Below, in pieces: positions 1 through 10,300 of a stretch of DNA of 63,745 bases. Every line of letters begins with the position of its first letter. Positions within the stretch are counted from its first letter, which is position 1. The notes under the pieces were generated by a model that did not search any database, was not told the DNA's origin, and worked only from the letters and a program-made list of their open reading frames with translations. The position numbers and the translations under genes are program-made. Location: IMG/VR virus record IMGVR_UViG_3300046723_000060, positions 1 through 63,745 of that record, one strand, 5' to 3'. Source of the DNA: a virus (Duplodnaviria; Caudoviricetes).

Positions 1-124
1 TTCCTGTTCCCCCTCCGCTAACATTGGTCTGGCCGCCACCACCAACACCAGACTGGGCAAAGGTTGTCGTCGTAAAGATCAATAGGATAAATAAGAGTCG
101 TTTCATTTCTATCTCACTCCTAAT
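1..124. repeat. Terminal direct repeat (circular assembly overlap), copy 1
   Basis: Bases 1-124 are identical to 63622-63745; gene order reads continuously across the junction. Confidence 0.95.
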
Positions 125-2516
125 TCACGATCAAATAACTTAAACATGCGCTGTTTGCTGCCGGAGTAGCGCTAGCCGTAATCGTGAAACTCGTTGCCGA
201 ATTACGAGCTGAAACTGTATAGGTACGTCCAGTCGAGGTGTTACAAGTCACGCCAAGCCTGGTTCCCAACGAACTATCCTCAAACACAAAGATCTCGCTG
301 TTGACACTGACAGAAGTAGTATTTACCTGAATAGTAGTTGCAGGGTTAGCGATAGCAACCGTGCCTGCTGAAGCCGCAGCGCACACCGCAGGAGAAGCCG
401 CTGAGTTACAGTTGGTTCCTGTTACAGTATCTGGAGTTATGCTTAAATTCCCTGCGCCGTCAGAACGGATCTGACCTGACTTATCGGCTCCCGGTACCGT
501 CCACGTATAGCTAGTTACAACCGCAGGAGCCTGCCAGCCGAATGTTCCGCCGCCAGAAGCGGTCAGCGCCAACTTACCGCTGCCAGCACCGTTAGAGGTC
601 AGTGATACTGCTGTTAAAGCACCGAGTGCGGTCACTACACCCGATTTGTTTACGCTGAACTGAGACGTTCCACCTACACGCAAGCGCATCAAGAATGAGC
701 CAGCCGCGCTTGAAGTATCAGTTACATCCTCAGTCCAACCATCAAAGGTAGTCGCTCCAGAGTTCCACGTTGCCGTCGAAGCGATAGGACTGGCGGCTGA
801 TGTGATTGTTCCCAGAGTGAAGAGTTTCGCTCCCAAGAAGGTCTGAGCCGCAATTGTGACTAATCCACGATTTGATGCGCTGGCAGAGGGTATGTTGAAA
901 GTGTGCGTGGTCCCCGACGAGCTGATATTGAAGTCTGCTCCCGTCGTACCCGTTGCGAAAGTCTGGGTCGTACCACTCAGACCATTCAATGACGTGATCC
1001 CTGTTGCCGGTGGGCTGGCCCATGTTCCATCTCCTCTCCAGAATGTAGAACTAGAAGCACTAGTACCGCTATTCAGGTTGGTTACGGGAAGGTTCCCGCT
1101 TACGTCTGCTGTCAATGAAACCGCACTGAATGTTGGCGCCCCACCAGCGTTCCCGTGTAATACGGTAGTAGAGGTCCCCAGTGTGCCAAGTGTGGACACG
1201 GCAGTGGTATTTCCACCGATCACCAACTGGTTGATCGTCAGCGTCCCGCCTGCCGTCACGTTCCCGCTTCCTGCTGGTGTCGCCCATGTTCCATCTCCCC
1301 GCCAAAAGGTTGAACTAGATGCCGAAGTGCCTGAGTTGAGATTCGTCACTGGCAAGTTCCCTGTGACATCAGCACTAAGGCTTACCGCCCCGAATGACGG
1401 TACTCCCGCTGCGTTTCCGTGTAGCACAGTCGTCGTGGTACCTAGACTCCCTAAAGTCTGACTTCCTTGCGAGCCGCTGCCTACCATGATGGCATTTGCG
1501 GTTAGGCTGGCCGCGCTGGTTACGCAGGTTGTGCAGCCAACGGTGCCCGTCGTAGTGACAGTACCACCTGTAAGCGGAGCGCTGAAGACGATTGACGTTA
1601 CTGTTCCCGACCCTGGAGGAGCCGCCCATGTTCCATCACCTCGCCAGAATGTAGCTGAACTAGCGCTAGTCCCTGAGTTCAAGTTAGTTACAGGAAGGTT
1701 GCCGGTAACGTCAGTAGACAACGCCACTGCTCCAAAGGTAGGTAACCCACCGGCATTGCCATGAAGCACGGTGGTTGTAGTGCCCAACGATGCCAGTACC
1801 GCGGTGGCTTGCAATCCCCCACCAACCACCAAGCGACTAGCCGTTAGCGCAGCGGCGCTAGTTACGCAAGTAGCGCAGCTAATCGTTCCAGTGGTCGTAA
1901 TCGGTCCACCTGTAAGCGGTGAGGCGGTTGCGACTGAACTAACCGACCCAACTCCACCTGGTATTGCCCACGTACCATCCCCGCGCCAGAAGGTTGTCGC
2001 TCCAGCACTCGTACCGGAATTAAGATTGGTAACAGGAAGATTCCCAGTGACTCCAGTAACCAAGCTAATAAGTGGAATGTCGGCCGCAACGAGTGAACGG
2101 TAAGTAGGTGCTACAGCCCCACCACCTGTTGGCCCAGCCGCAACCGTGTTCGCTGACTGTGGAGTGATGGTGAAGGTCAGTACCGGGGTGGACGTCGGTG
2201 AAGTGACCGCAGCACTAAAATAAGGAGCAGTAGTGCCAGCAATGCTGAAGCTAACAACAGTACCTCCACCACCGCCACCTCCCGAGCCTACAGCCGTCCA
2301 AGTGTTGGCGGTAGGTCCACAAGTCTTGAGTAACTGTGCGGTAATATCCCAGATCATCGGCTCCTGCTGACCAACTTGGGCGGGATTACAGTTAGGCAAT
2401 GGCTGTGGAGAAGATTGAACGAGAGTTGTCTTGCCGCTGTTACCTTGAGCGTGCGACATGGGACAGCCAGATAGCAAGAGTATAAGGAATGGTAGAGCTG
2501 GGCATAGTCGCTTCAT
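120..2516 (-). CDS. Tail-fibre/adhesin-like Gly-Thr-Ser-rich protein with internal repeats and an N-terminal export signal
   Basis: Four copies of [24 protein letters not shown]; N-terminus [18 protein letters not shown] is lipobox/Sec-like. Confidence 0.7.
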   Translation of the reverse strand: MKRLCPALPFLILLLSGCPMSHAQGNSGKTTLVQSSPQPLPNCNPAQVGQQEPMIWDITAQLLKTCGPTANTWTAVGSGGGGGGGTVVSFSIAGTTAPYFSAAVTSPTSTPVLTFTITPQSANTVAAGPTGGGAVAPTYRSLVAADIPLISLVTGVTGNLPVTNLNSGTSAGATTFWRGDGTWAIPGGVGSVSSVATASPLTGGPITTTGTISCATCVTSAAALTASRLVVGGGLQATAVLASLGTTTTVLHGNAGGLPTFGAVALSTDVTGNLPVTNLNSGTSASSATFWRGDGTWAAPPGSGTVTSIVFSAPLTGGTVTTTGTVGCTTCVTSAASLTANAIMVGSGSQGSQTLGSLGTTTTVLHGNAAGVPSFGAVSLSADVTGNLPVTNLNSGTSASSSTFWRGDGTWATPAGSGNVTAGGTLTINQLVIGGNTTAVSTLGTLGTSTTVLHGNAGGAPTFSAVSLTADVSGNLPVTNLNSGTSASSSTFWRGDGTWASPPATGITSLNGLSGTTQTFATGTTGADFNISSSGTTHTFNIPSASASNRGLVTIAAQTFLGAKLFTLGTITSAASPIASTATWNSGATTFDGWTEDVTDTSSAAGSFLMRLRVGGTSQFSVNKSGVVTALGALTAVSLTSNGAGSGKLALTASGGGTFGWQAPAVVTSYTWTVPGADKSGQIRSDGAGNLSITPDTVTGTNCNSAASPAVCAAASAGTVAIANPATTIQVNTTSVSVNSEIFVFEDSSLGTRLGVTCNTSTGRTYTVSARNSATSFTITASATPAANSACLSYLIVN

Positions 2517-2921
2517 TTAGCTGCTCCCTATCACGTCATAACCTGTGGTTCCGTTGGCATACAAACGAACATATTGATATTGGTTAGACAAGTCCCACTC
2601 GGTCTGACCGTCGATCGTATCGGTACCTTGAGGGAAGATCTGCAGCGATCCCGCACCAGCATCTAGCTTCTTGACCACATATAGCTTTCCTTGAACAGAT
2701 GCCGAATCAGGTAAGGTGATAGGAATGTTCAGGCCAGAGGTCGTACCACGAATGACCATCTCAGGGTAAGGAGTGAAGGTAGCTAGGTAAGCTGAGCTAA
2801 CGTTAACCACTGCAACTCCACCCATGGTATTGATGATGTCGAGGTCAGCATTAAGCGTGGTCCCCCACGTATTAGCCGATCCCCCAACAGTTGGCTTAGT
2901 CAGCCCAAGTAAAGCGGTCAT
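2517..2921 (-). CDS. Small virion/tail-associated protein
   Basis: Likely ATG at 2921 overlapping the upstream stop; LGLTKPTVGG..WGTTLNADLDII and ITLP..VKKLD..TIDG motifs are common in tail-fibre modules. Confidence 0.55.
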   Translation of the reverse strand: MTALLGLTKPTVGGSANTWGTTLNADLDIINTMGGVAVVNVSSAYLATFTPYPEMVIRGTTSGLNIPITLPDSASVQGKLYVVKKLDAGAGSLQIFPQGTDTIDGQTEWDLSNQYQYVRLYANGTTGYDVIGSS

Positions 2922-5662
2922 TGGCACACTCCAGTTACACCGGATAATGTCACATTTCCAGTCATCTGGCACTTGGTAGTTATACCGTTACCACTTAAAG
3001 TTGCTACATGCGGACTACCTGAAGCATTGTCGGTTACGGTTACTGCCCCTGTCCTGCCACCTGTAGCCGTAGGGGTAAACGTAACGTTCAATGAACAAGT
3101 AGCCAGAGATGCCAACGTCCCTCCACAGTTGGTCACTGGAACGGTAACCACCGCAAAGTCTCCCGAAGCTACTACCGACGATATAGTCAGCGCACCGCTA
3201 CCTGTGTTGGTTAGGATAATCGACCTCACCGTCGAGGTTGTAGACAACGTCTGATCCCCAAAGTTCAGGCTGGTTGGATTGAGACTCACACCGGGAGTCT
3301 GTGCTACACCCGTACCTGAAAGCGTTACTACCTGCGGTGAGCCTGAAGCGTTATCTGAAACGGTAAGATTCGCACTGCGCGTACCGCCAGCAGTAGGTGT
3401 GAAGGTAATGTTGAACGTGCAATTCAGGCCAGATAATAGAAGTGAGGGACAATTATCAGTAAAGCTGAAATCCCCTGGATTAGCTCCCGTGGAGATGGAC
3501 TTGCCGCTAATGGTTACCGTGCCGCCAGGGCCGCTGGTATTGGTAAGCACATGAGCTTGACTAGCCGATGATGTGCCTACCGTCTGGTTGCCGAAGATAC
3601 GGGTCGCTGGCAACAAGGTAACTGTCAATGCTGCTGGAACAGTCAATGAAATTTCATTCGACTTAGCGCTCTCTTGTGCCGGCTGCCATGCTCCACCGTT
3701 ATTACCAGTACCAGATGTGGCGCTAGAGAAAGTGAAGGTCGAACCTGTCGGCTGGCCTGTCGAGGTAAACGTTCCGTTGAACAACGTATTGCCACCTATC
3801 GTCACCGTCGTTCCGCTTGCGAAGGTACAAGTAGCGGTACAGGTTACTGTCGCGGTCGTTCCGTTGCCCGTGATGCTCGAGACAATGCCTCCGATGTATG
3901 CTGTGACCACGTAGAAGTAGGTTCCATTGGCTGGAGTATCAGTTGTTGTGAGCGACGTCAGGCCAGACTTGACTACGCTGTAAGGGCCGCCATGAACCGT
4001 TCCGCGGTAAAGCGTGTAAGCCGTTGGAGTGGGAGACCCTGACGATGCCGTCCAGTTCAAACTCGCTGTACTGCCAGCTACCGAACCGTTTAGCCCTGTC
4101 GGTGCTGCCGGAGGAACAGGGCCTCCACCAGTGAACTGATAAGCTCCAGCCGTCCAGTTGGTTGGGGCTACGGGTCTCGCTACGCCAAGGTAGTCCACGT
4201 TGAGTGCTGTGATACCCAAGCTCGTAAGGTTAGTGCCCAGCAGAATAGCTGAGCTACCAGTCTGTGGCTGATACGGTGGAGAACTGGCTGCGTTCAGATT
4301 AGGATTGGCAATGGAAGAGTTAGCATCGAATCCGGTAGCTGAAGTCCATGCCGCAACCGTAGCAAATCCAGTGCCGCTAGGCCCCGCTCCGCTGAACATC
4401 ACATTCAGTCCAGTTAGGTTAAACAGTACGTTGAAATTACTGGTGGTAAGCGTCGTCCCTGGATTCACAAAGATTCCTGTAGGAACCGTAGAGATAATGT
4501 TGTTTTCTATGGTACAAGGCGAGTCGGTCTTGATGCCCGATTGTCCAAAGCCATTACCGAAGATTATGTTGCTGTAGATCTGCCCCAATGGAGCGGTATT
4601 GGTGCCACATCCAGTAATGTAACCGTTGCTAGGACCATTGCTGGTCGAACCGTTAATCATCAGGTTGTTGAATATCCTGACGTTCGACACCGTTCCGCCA
4701 TTCGGATCAATGAAGATATCTCCCGTTTGCCTGAATCCCCAGTCACCGTGAATCCAGTTGTCGAAGATATTGACCGCACCGGACTGCGTGCCACCAAAGC
4801 CTTGGAACACGAAGATTCCATTGTGATGGAACGTGTTGGTGGCAGTGGTATCATCCCAGTTCACCGCATCAAACATGTTGTTATGGGAAATCTCCATGGT
4901 GCCGGAGTTGGCCCCGGCATTCAGCGCCATGCGGATAGCGTGGTTGATCCGCGAACAGGTATTGTTGGTGATAACGTTATTGGTGTCCGTCGTGCCCTGC
5001 TGGAAATGAATGCAGCTATGCGTGTCGTGCATAGTGTTGTTCTGAACTACGTTGTTGGAACCGGCAAACTGGATGCCAATAGGATAGCTGCCAGATGTGA
5101 CGCAGCCATTCGTATCCGTGAAAGAAGTCCGCACGCACAGGTTATTGATGTGCCAGTTCTGGATGGTTACGTTGCTGCCATCGCTGTAGATAGCGCCTGA
5201 GTTCTGCTCGAAGGCTAGTCCGGTTCCGTTGGCGGTATTCTGGATGACACCGTTTACGCCACCGTCGATGACGATGAAGCTCTGATGATTGGTGATAGGC
5301 GAGCCGGTAAACGATCCCCATACAGGCGAGGTTAGGTTAGCTCCTGATTCAAACAGTAGTGTGATTGGGTGTCCGCTTGTTCCCGATCCTTGAAAGAAGA
5401 AGACGTCCTGTTCGTTCGCGGTACCCGTATAAGTACCGCAGAAATGAACGATGGTGTCAGGACCAATCTGAGTTGCTCCAGCACCCCACTTACCGGCAGC
5501 GTTGAATCCATTGGTACCATCATGCAGCGCATAGGCGTTGGCGCAAGAGGTTCCATCATTTGTTACCGTAGCGTTCTGCGCGTAGTAGATGTTAGCTATA
5601 GACGCCTTACTTGAAGCTGCTCCCACGAGCATCAGGGCTAGGACTATCAGTAATCGTCTCAT
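2918..5662 (-). CDS. Exported right-handed beta-helix protein with an FN3 domain and two Ig-like (ASH/choice-of-anchor D-like) domains; possible depolymerase or adhesin
   Basis: Signal peptide MRRLLIVLALMLVGAASSKA; Asn-rich beta-helix repeats; PAAPTGL..LNWTAS..YFYVVTA (FN3); two FG.QT..LTNT..CT/S..FTPTA.G.R...TV.DNASGSP domains. Confidence 0.75.
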   Translation of the reverse strand: MRRLLIVLALMLVGAASSKASIANIYYAQNATVTNDGTSCANAYALHDGTNGFNAAGKWGAGATQIGPDTIVHFCGTYTGTANEQDVFFFQGSGTSGHPITLLFESGANLTSPVWGSFTGSPITNHQSFIVIDGGVNGVIQNTANGTGLAFEQNSGAIYSDGSNVTIQNWHINNLCVRTSFTDTNGCVTSGSYPIGIQFAGSNNVVQNNTMHDTHSCIHFQQGTTDTNNVITNNTCSRINHAIRMALNAGANSGTMEISHNNMFDAVNWDDTTATNTFHHNGIFVFQGFGGTQSGAVNIFDNWIHGDWGFRQTGDIFIDPNGGTVSNVRIFNNLMINGSTSNGPSNGYITGCGTNTAPLGQIYSNIIFGNGFGQSGIKTDSPCTIENNIISTVPTGIFVNPGTTLTTSNFNVLFNLTGLNVMFSGAGPSGTGFATVAAWTSATGFDANSSIANPNLNAASSPPYQPQTGSSAILLGTNLTSLGITALNVDYLGVARPVAPTNWTAGAYQFTGGGPVPPAAPTGLNGSVAGSTASLNWTASSGSPTPTAYTLYRGTVHGGPYSVVKSGLTSLTTTDTPANGTYFYVVTAYIGGIVSSITGNGTTATVTCTATCTFASGTTVTIGGNTLFNGTFTSTGQPTGSTFTFSSATSGTGNNGGAWQPAQESAKSNEISLTVPAALTVTLLPATRIFGNQTVGTSSASQAHVLTNTSGPGGTVTISGKSISTGANPGDFSFTDNCPSLLLSGLNCTFNITFTPTAGGTRSANLTVSDNASGSPQVVTLSGTGVAQTPGVSLNPTSLNFGDQTLSTTSTVRSIILTNTGSGALTISSVVASGDFAVVTVPVTNCGGTLASLATCSLNVTFTPTATGGRTGAVTVTDNASGSPHVATLSGNGITTKCQMTGNVTLSGVTGVCQ

Positions 5663-5680
5663 TGTCGTAACCCTTTCATA

Positions 5681-6442
5681 TCATGGATTGTATGGCGGTG
5701 TCATGCGAGAACCACTATGGTGGCCACGCAGGGTGAATATATTATTGGATACATCGCTGTTATAGATATCTCTAACTTCCTGTGCAGTCAGTGCCCTGTT
5801 GTAGATGCGGCAATCGTCCACGGAACCTACATAGACCTTATGGTTGATTGTTGGATCTGAGTTGGATGCAATGTAGAGGTCTCCAGCCGAGGTCAGATCG
5901 TAAGCTATTGGACTGGCATTGGTTAAAGATCCGATCAGAGTTCCATTACTGTATAACAGTTGTTGTGGCGCCGGAGCGGCCGGATCGTAGGTTCCTGTCA
6001 GGTTCTGCCACGAGGTATTATCTAAAATAATTCCCGAAACGGTTAACTCTGAAGTTGCTCCCGCGATTCCTATTGTGAAAATAGCCGCAGTAGGGTCAGC
6101 TACTCCATGCACACCTATCTGATAACTTTGAAAGGTAGGCGGAACATCCTCGGCAAATGCCTTGCAGAATACCGACTGTCTGAAGTTTTGTACCTGCGGC
6201 CCCTTAAACCATGCGGAAATAGTTACCGCAGCAGGTTCCAGTACAGCGGCTCGTGGAATCCTGACCGAGTCATCGCTAACAGGGTGTCCCCTAAACGACA
6301 ATCCACCGCCGTTGGGACCTGTGGTAATCCACGTAGGACCATCTATTAGATTTCCATTATTCCCGTTACCGGAAGAGTCAGTAGCAATCGTTCCTGAACC
6401 GTCCTTTAACTGCCACCATCCGACTAGTCCAGGTATTGGCAT
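5681..6442 (-). CDS. LamG/concanavalin A-like lectin domain protein
   Basis: GLVGWW..GSGT.ATDSSGNGNNG and GSVDDCRIYNRALT.QEV signatures. Confidence 0.85.
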   Translation of the reverse strand: MPIPGLVGWWQLKDGSGTIATDSSGNGNNGNLIDGPTWITTGPNGGGLSFRGHPVSDDSVRIPRAAVLEPAAVTISAWFKGPQVQNFRQSVFCKAFAEDVPPTFQSYQIGVHGVADPTAAIFTIGIAGATSELTVSGIILDNTSWQNLTGTYDPAAPAPQQLLYSNGTLIGSLTNASPIAYDLTSAGDLYIASNSDPTINHKVYVGSVDDCRIYNRALTAQEVRDIYNSDVSNNIFTLRGHHSGSRMTPPYNP

Positions 6443-6443
6443 G

Positions 6444-6878
6444 TCATTGTATGATTAAGGTGATAAAGGCTCCGTCACCGGAGTTGTCAGCGTCAACTGA
6501 ATACCTGTAAGGACTCCATACGTTCAAATTGACTGCGGCTGCGGTGAGAAACAATGTTTGACCGGGAGCAAGTGTGGCGACAATACTTCCAGTATCGTCG
6601 CGGTTTCCGCTGCCCCCACCAGCCCCACGCCTTACAATATAGATATTTCCAGCATTGAACTGTGTTCCAGAAGCGGCTGGCTTGAATGCCTGAATCATGA
6701 TCTCTTCCGCACGGATAGTCGTAGGATAGTTTGTGGAGCTAGTTGGAGTACCCGGCGCGTTATCAGATGTTGGATCGACAACGGACATGAATCCTACTGG
6801 CGTACCAGGAGTTGTTACGCCAATGAATCCCAGCGGCCAGTCTGGACCGTTAACGTCGCGCTGAATGCTATTGGTCAT
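6444..6878 (-). CDS. Virion-associated hypothetical protein, paralog of 61508-61942
   Basis: Shares NGP.W.LG, GTPV..MS.VD, N.GNIY, NR.D.G and SPY...VD.DN.GDGA.ITLII with the paralog. Confidence 0.65.
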   Translation of the reverse strand: MTNSIQRDVNGPDWPLGFIGVTTPGTPVGFMSVVDPTSDNAPGTPTSSTNYPTTIRAEEIMIQAFKPAASGTQFNAGNIYIVRRGAGGGSGNRDDTGSIVATLAPGQTLFLTAAAVNLNVWSPYRYSVDADNSGDGAFITLIIQ

Positions 6879-7011
6879 CGCCGCACCAATAGAGCTATTA
6901 GAACTATCACTTCAAGGATTTGAACGGAGAGGATGCTCCATATCACCATCTCGAGACGATATTCCCGTTGTTGTTTCTTTGCGTCAGGAGGGCGGGGAGT
7001 ACTGACAATCA

Positions 7012-7305
7012 TCATAGAAACTCAAATCTCCTTTTAGCGGCAACATAAGTCAACTTAGTTCCGTCTGCTAGTTTGGTTGTATCGGAAGGCTCAACAGGTA
7101 GCCCTAGAAAGCGAGTAATTGAAGCGGTGTTGGTTTGCGCCGGAACGGCTTCTTTGTTGCTTTGTTTAAGCTGAGCTTGTAACGCGGCGTGAGAGTCTTG
7201 AAGCTCATAGAGCATACGCAAGGTCTCACGGAACGAACGTTCAGTTGATTGCGGGTCTTTCAACTGATCGTGGCTGGGATACCAACGGGTAGAGTTTTCG
7301 TTCAT
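7012..7305 (-). CDS. Hypothetical protein in the tail module
   Basis: ORF start overlaps the stop of the large tail gene. Confidence 0.55.
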   Translation of the reverse strand: MNENSTRWYPSHDQLKDPQSTERSFRETLRMLYELQDSHAALQAQLKQSNKEAVPAQTNTASITRFLGLPVEPSDTTKLADGTKLTYVAAKRRFEFL

Positions 7306-10300
7306 AGCGGTGCTCCATCAACTGGGCCGGAGAGGAAGGATTTCATTACAGTGTAAGGGTCTTGTCGCTGCCACGGGCCTACACTGACTTCGCAATCTTC
7401 CATAAAGAACTGAAAGGGTGCGGTAGAACTGGCAGCGAAGGCGTATAGCTGACCCTTGTTGGCGCTCACTCTGAATAGCTTCTTGACGTATACCCCAGCC
7501 GACGAGGGTAAGGTAACTGGCAACGGTGACTGGCCATCGTAACTTGTAATCTGCAAGGTGATATCGGCCGCAGAGATATAAGCCATAGCGATCTGGCCGA
7601 TGTGACCGTAACCTTGCATCCCGAAGCTAGTACCCAGCGTCTGCCACTGGATGGTTGTCGCCGGCTGGATGACAAAGCTCGTCTGCCACAGGAATAACGT
7701 TGTTGGCGCAGTCTGTGTGGTGAAGTCATCGGTCCAACTGAAGTACAGGCCCATGAACGAACTGACAACGAGAGCATTGCCGACACTGATTGGTTGGCGA
7801 GCTCGAGTTGCTGAGGCTGGTACGGCTAACGGTGCTCCTACCTGTACCGCTTGCGACATCATGTTGATCGCCATGCCGGCTGGACAGATAGCGTCTACGA
7901 AGGTATCGCCCCATTGTTTAGGCGCTCGTAAGTCTCCGCCAGGATCTTCAAAGGTGGCCAGTAACACTTGGATTGGCCCATCAAGGTCGTTGGTAAACGG
8001 CGTCTGAACGCTTACCCGACCATTAATATCGGCCATCTGCAGTTCGGGATAACGAGTGGATGAGGTCAGCAACGTCCCAGCTTGTCCTTCAGGATGATAG
8101 AACCTTGTTACCTGAGTTGCATAGAGATCAACGCACCACGCATTCCTTCTCGTGTCGTAGACCAGAGTGTTGTAATTGCCAGCCGAGTCCTGATACGTCG
8201 CGTAGAGATAGTAATTACAGTAAGTGAGCCTGAAGGTTCCAGCTCTTGCGTAATCAGGTGGCAGGACCGTGTGAGCTAGTCCTGGAGGCCCGTAAGTCTG
8301 AGCTTCACCTGGAGTACCGTCGTGAGGGAAGAGGTTGTACAAGTCCTCGTCGGTGAGGCTACCCTTGCCTGACGACCATATCCCATCCTTAGCCCAGAAG
8401 AAGATTTGGCTTCCATCCGTGCAGCAGGCATAAGGTGCTGCCAAGCCCCGCGGTAAAGGTTGCTGCACAGGATTGTAACGCTGCAAGGGATTGGTCGGTT
8501 GAGGGTAGAGTGCCCACCAACGTTCGGTTGAGCCTACGAAGGAGAGACCGTCTAGGACTAGACCACCCATCAACGGTTCAGACGGAGTTACCAGTTCCAT
8601 ATTGAAAGCATCGGGAGCCGAGTCGGGATTATTACCCTTGGCAAAGTAGAGTGTACCGGGACGTAGCGGATCGCCTACCGCGAATACCGTGCCATTGACA
8701 TCCGGCCCCCACATATAGGGTAGGAATTGGCGTGCGATCGCTGGCTCATAGATATTGGTCTGACCGTTGTCGCTGATGGCACCTTGATTAAATCCAGCGG
8801 TACATTCAACGAACTCGAAGAGATAGTCAGTACCAGAGATGAGTGTGGGCCTGACTCGTAGAGTGTAGGTTGACTGACCACCTAGGTTCACAAGGTTCCC
8901 CGGCAGATATCGCAGTGCCAATGTCGGCGAGGGAATCGTTACAACCGCAATGAATCCAACGATAGTCGAGGCCGTAGCGTTTAGTGGAAAATCAATAGAC
9001 GGCCATGGCTCGAAGTTATCAAACTCCAGCGCCTCCCCAGCCTGAGCCGACTCATCGGCATAATCATCCTGAAACGATGAGTGACTTGAGGCGATAGACC
9101 CGATATAGCGCCAACTTGTTACTGAACCTCCAAACCTGAAGACGTCCCAAGTATCAATCTGCGTATCATAAGCCGCTGAGGGAAGGTTGATTTGTACAGG
9201 CTGGCGGTGAGCCAGCACACCGTAGCGCATGTCAGGTGAGGGATTACCCTTAGCTCCAGTTACCTTGGACCGTGGTCGCACACGGTAACGGTATGGCTCG
9301 CCAATGTCGCCCACATCTGGCTGTGAGCCACCAACAAAGGCAATGGAACTAATGCTCACCCTGACCGTTGCTGTAGCGTTTACATACACCTGAACTGAGT
9401 TGATATTGGCGAGCGTCTTGGTCTGATCTCCACCGATGCGGGTAAGCGCACGGATAGGTATCCAAATCTCAGTCCACTGACCTTCACCTGCTACCGAAGG
9501 ATTAGACGGTGTAAGATTAAGCGCTCCGGCACCTTGGTAAGTGTTGGTCTCGGAGACGATAGCTTGAGTTGCGGCAAGTAACGTAATCGGTGTCGCCGCA
9601 GTAGTAGCGCTCACCAGGTCCGATGGCCTGACTCCAGTCAGGTAATAGTTATCTAGGAATGTTCCGTCGCTGACGTCGAACTGCAACCGCATCTCAGCTA
9701 GGTTAGCTGGATTATCCACGTTGACTGAAAAGTGCAGGTAATCATCATCTTGAAACGCGCTAGTGTTGACACCGATGCTGGCGGCTCCGGCTGAGATATT
9801 TATCTCGTAGACGTAGTGAACCATATCATCATGCGAGTCGGTGAAGGCCATAACCTGAACTTGAGTCAAGTCCTGATTGGCTGGCAGAGGAATAGAATCC
9901 CACTGCTGCGGCCTAGATAGCGGTACTGAGGCTGGCAGTTCCGGCCCCATATTGTAGACTTGGTTCCAAGTGACTGAATTGTCGAGCGAATACCAGATAC
10001 CAGCACTACGTTTGGTGACCGTAAACCCGTCGTCTCCGTTAGCCAGTACGCGAGAGTTGATATTGAGCGCCATGCTAGCTTGTGGCGTTCCTGTAACGAA
10101 TCCCCAGATACAGCCGTAGTAAGTGTGCGTGTGTTGGCCTACGGCTGAGGCAAAAGTAGTCGTATTGCCGTCACCAGCGTTGCCTGGATTGGCGTAAGGA
10201 GATGTGGTTGATGGATCGAGTCCCCAGCCAAAGTTCTGATTGATGCCCATTTCGTATGCGCCAACATGGGCATTCGGCCCCCAACCATTTAAGGATGTGG

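Noticed and set aside
1-124. Terminal repeat as biological phage DTR
   Set aside because: It cuts through genes and its length is typical of an assembler overlap
856-4577. Long plus-strand Val/Pro-rich ORFs opposite the fibre genes
   Set aside because: Antisense shadows of Thr/Gly-rich coding sequence
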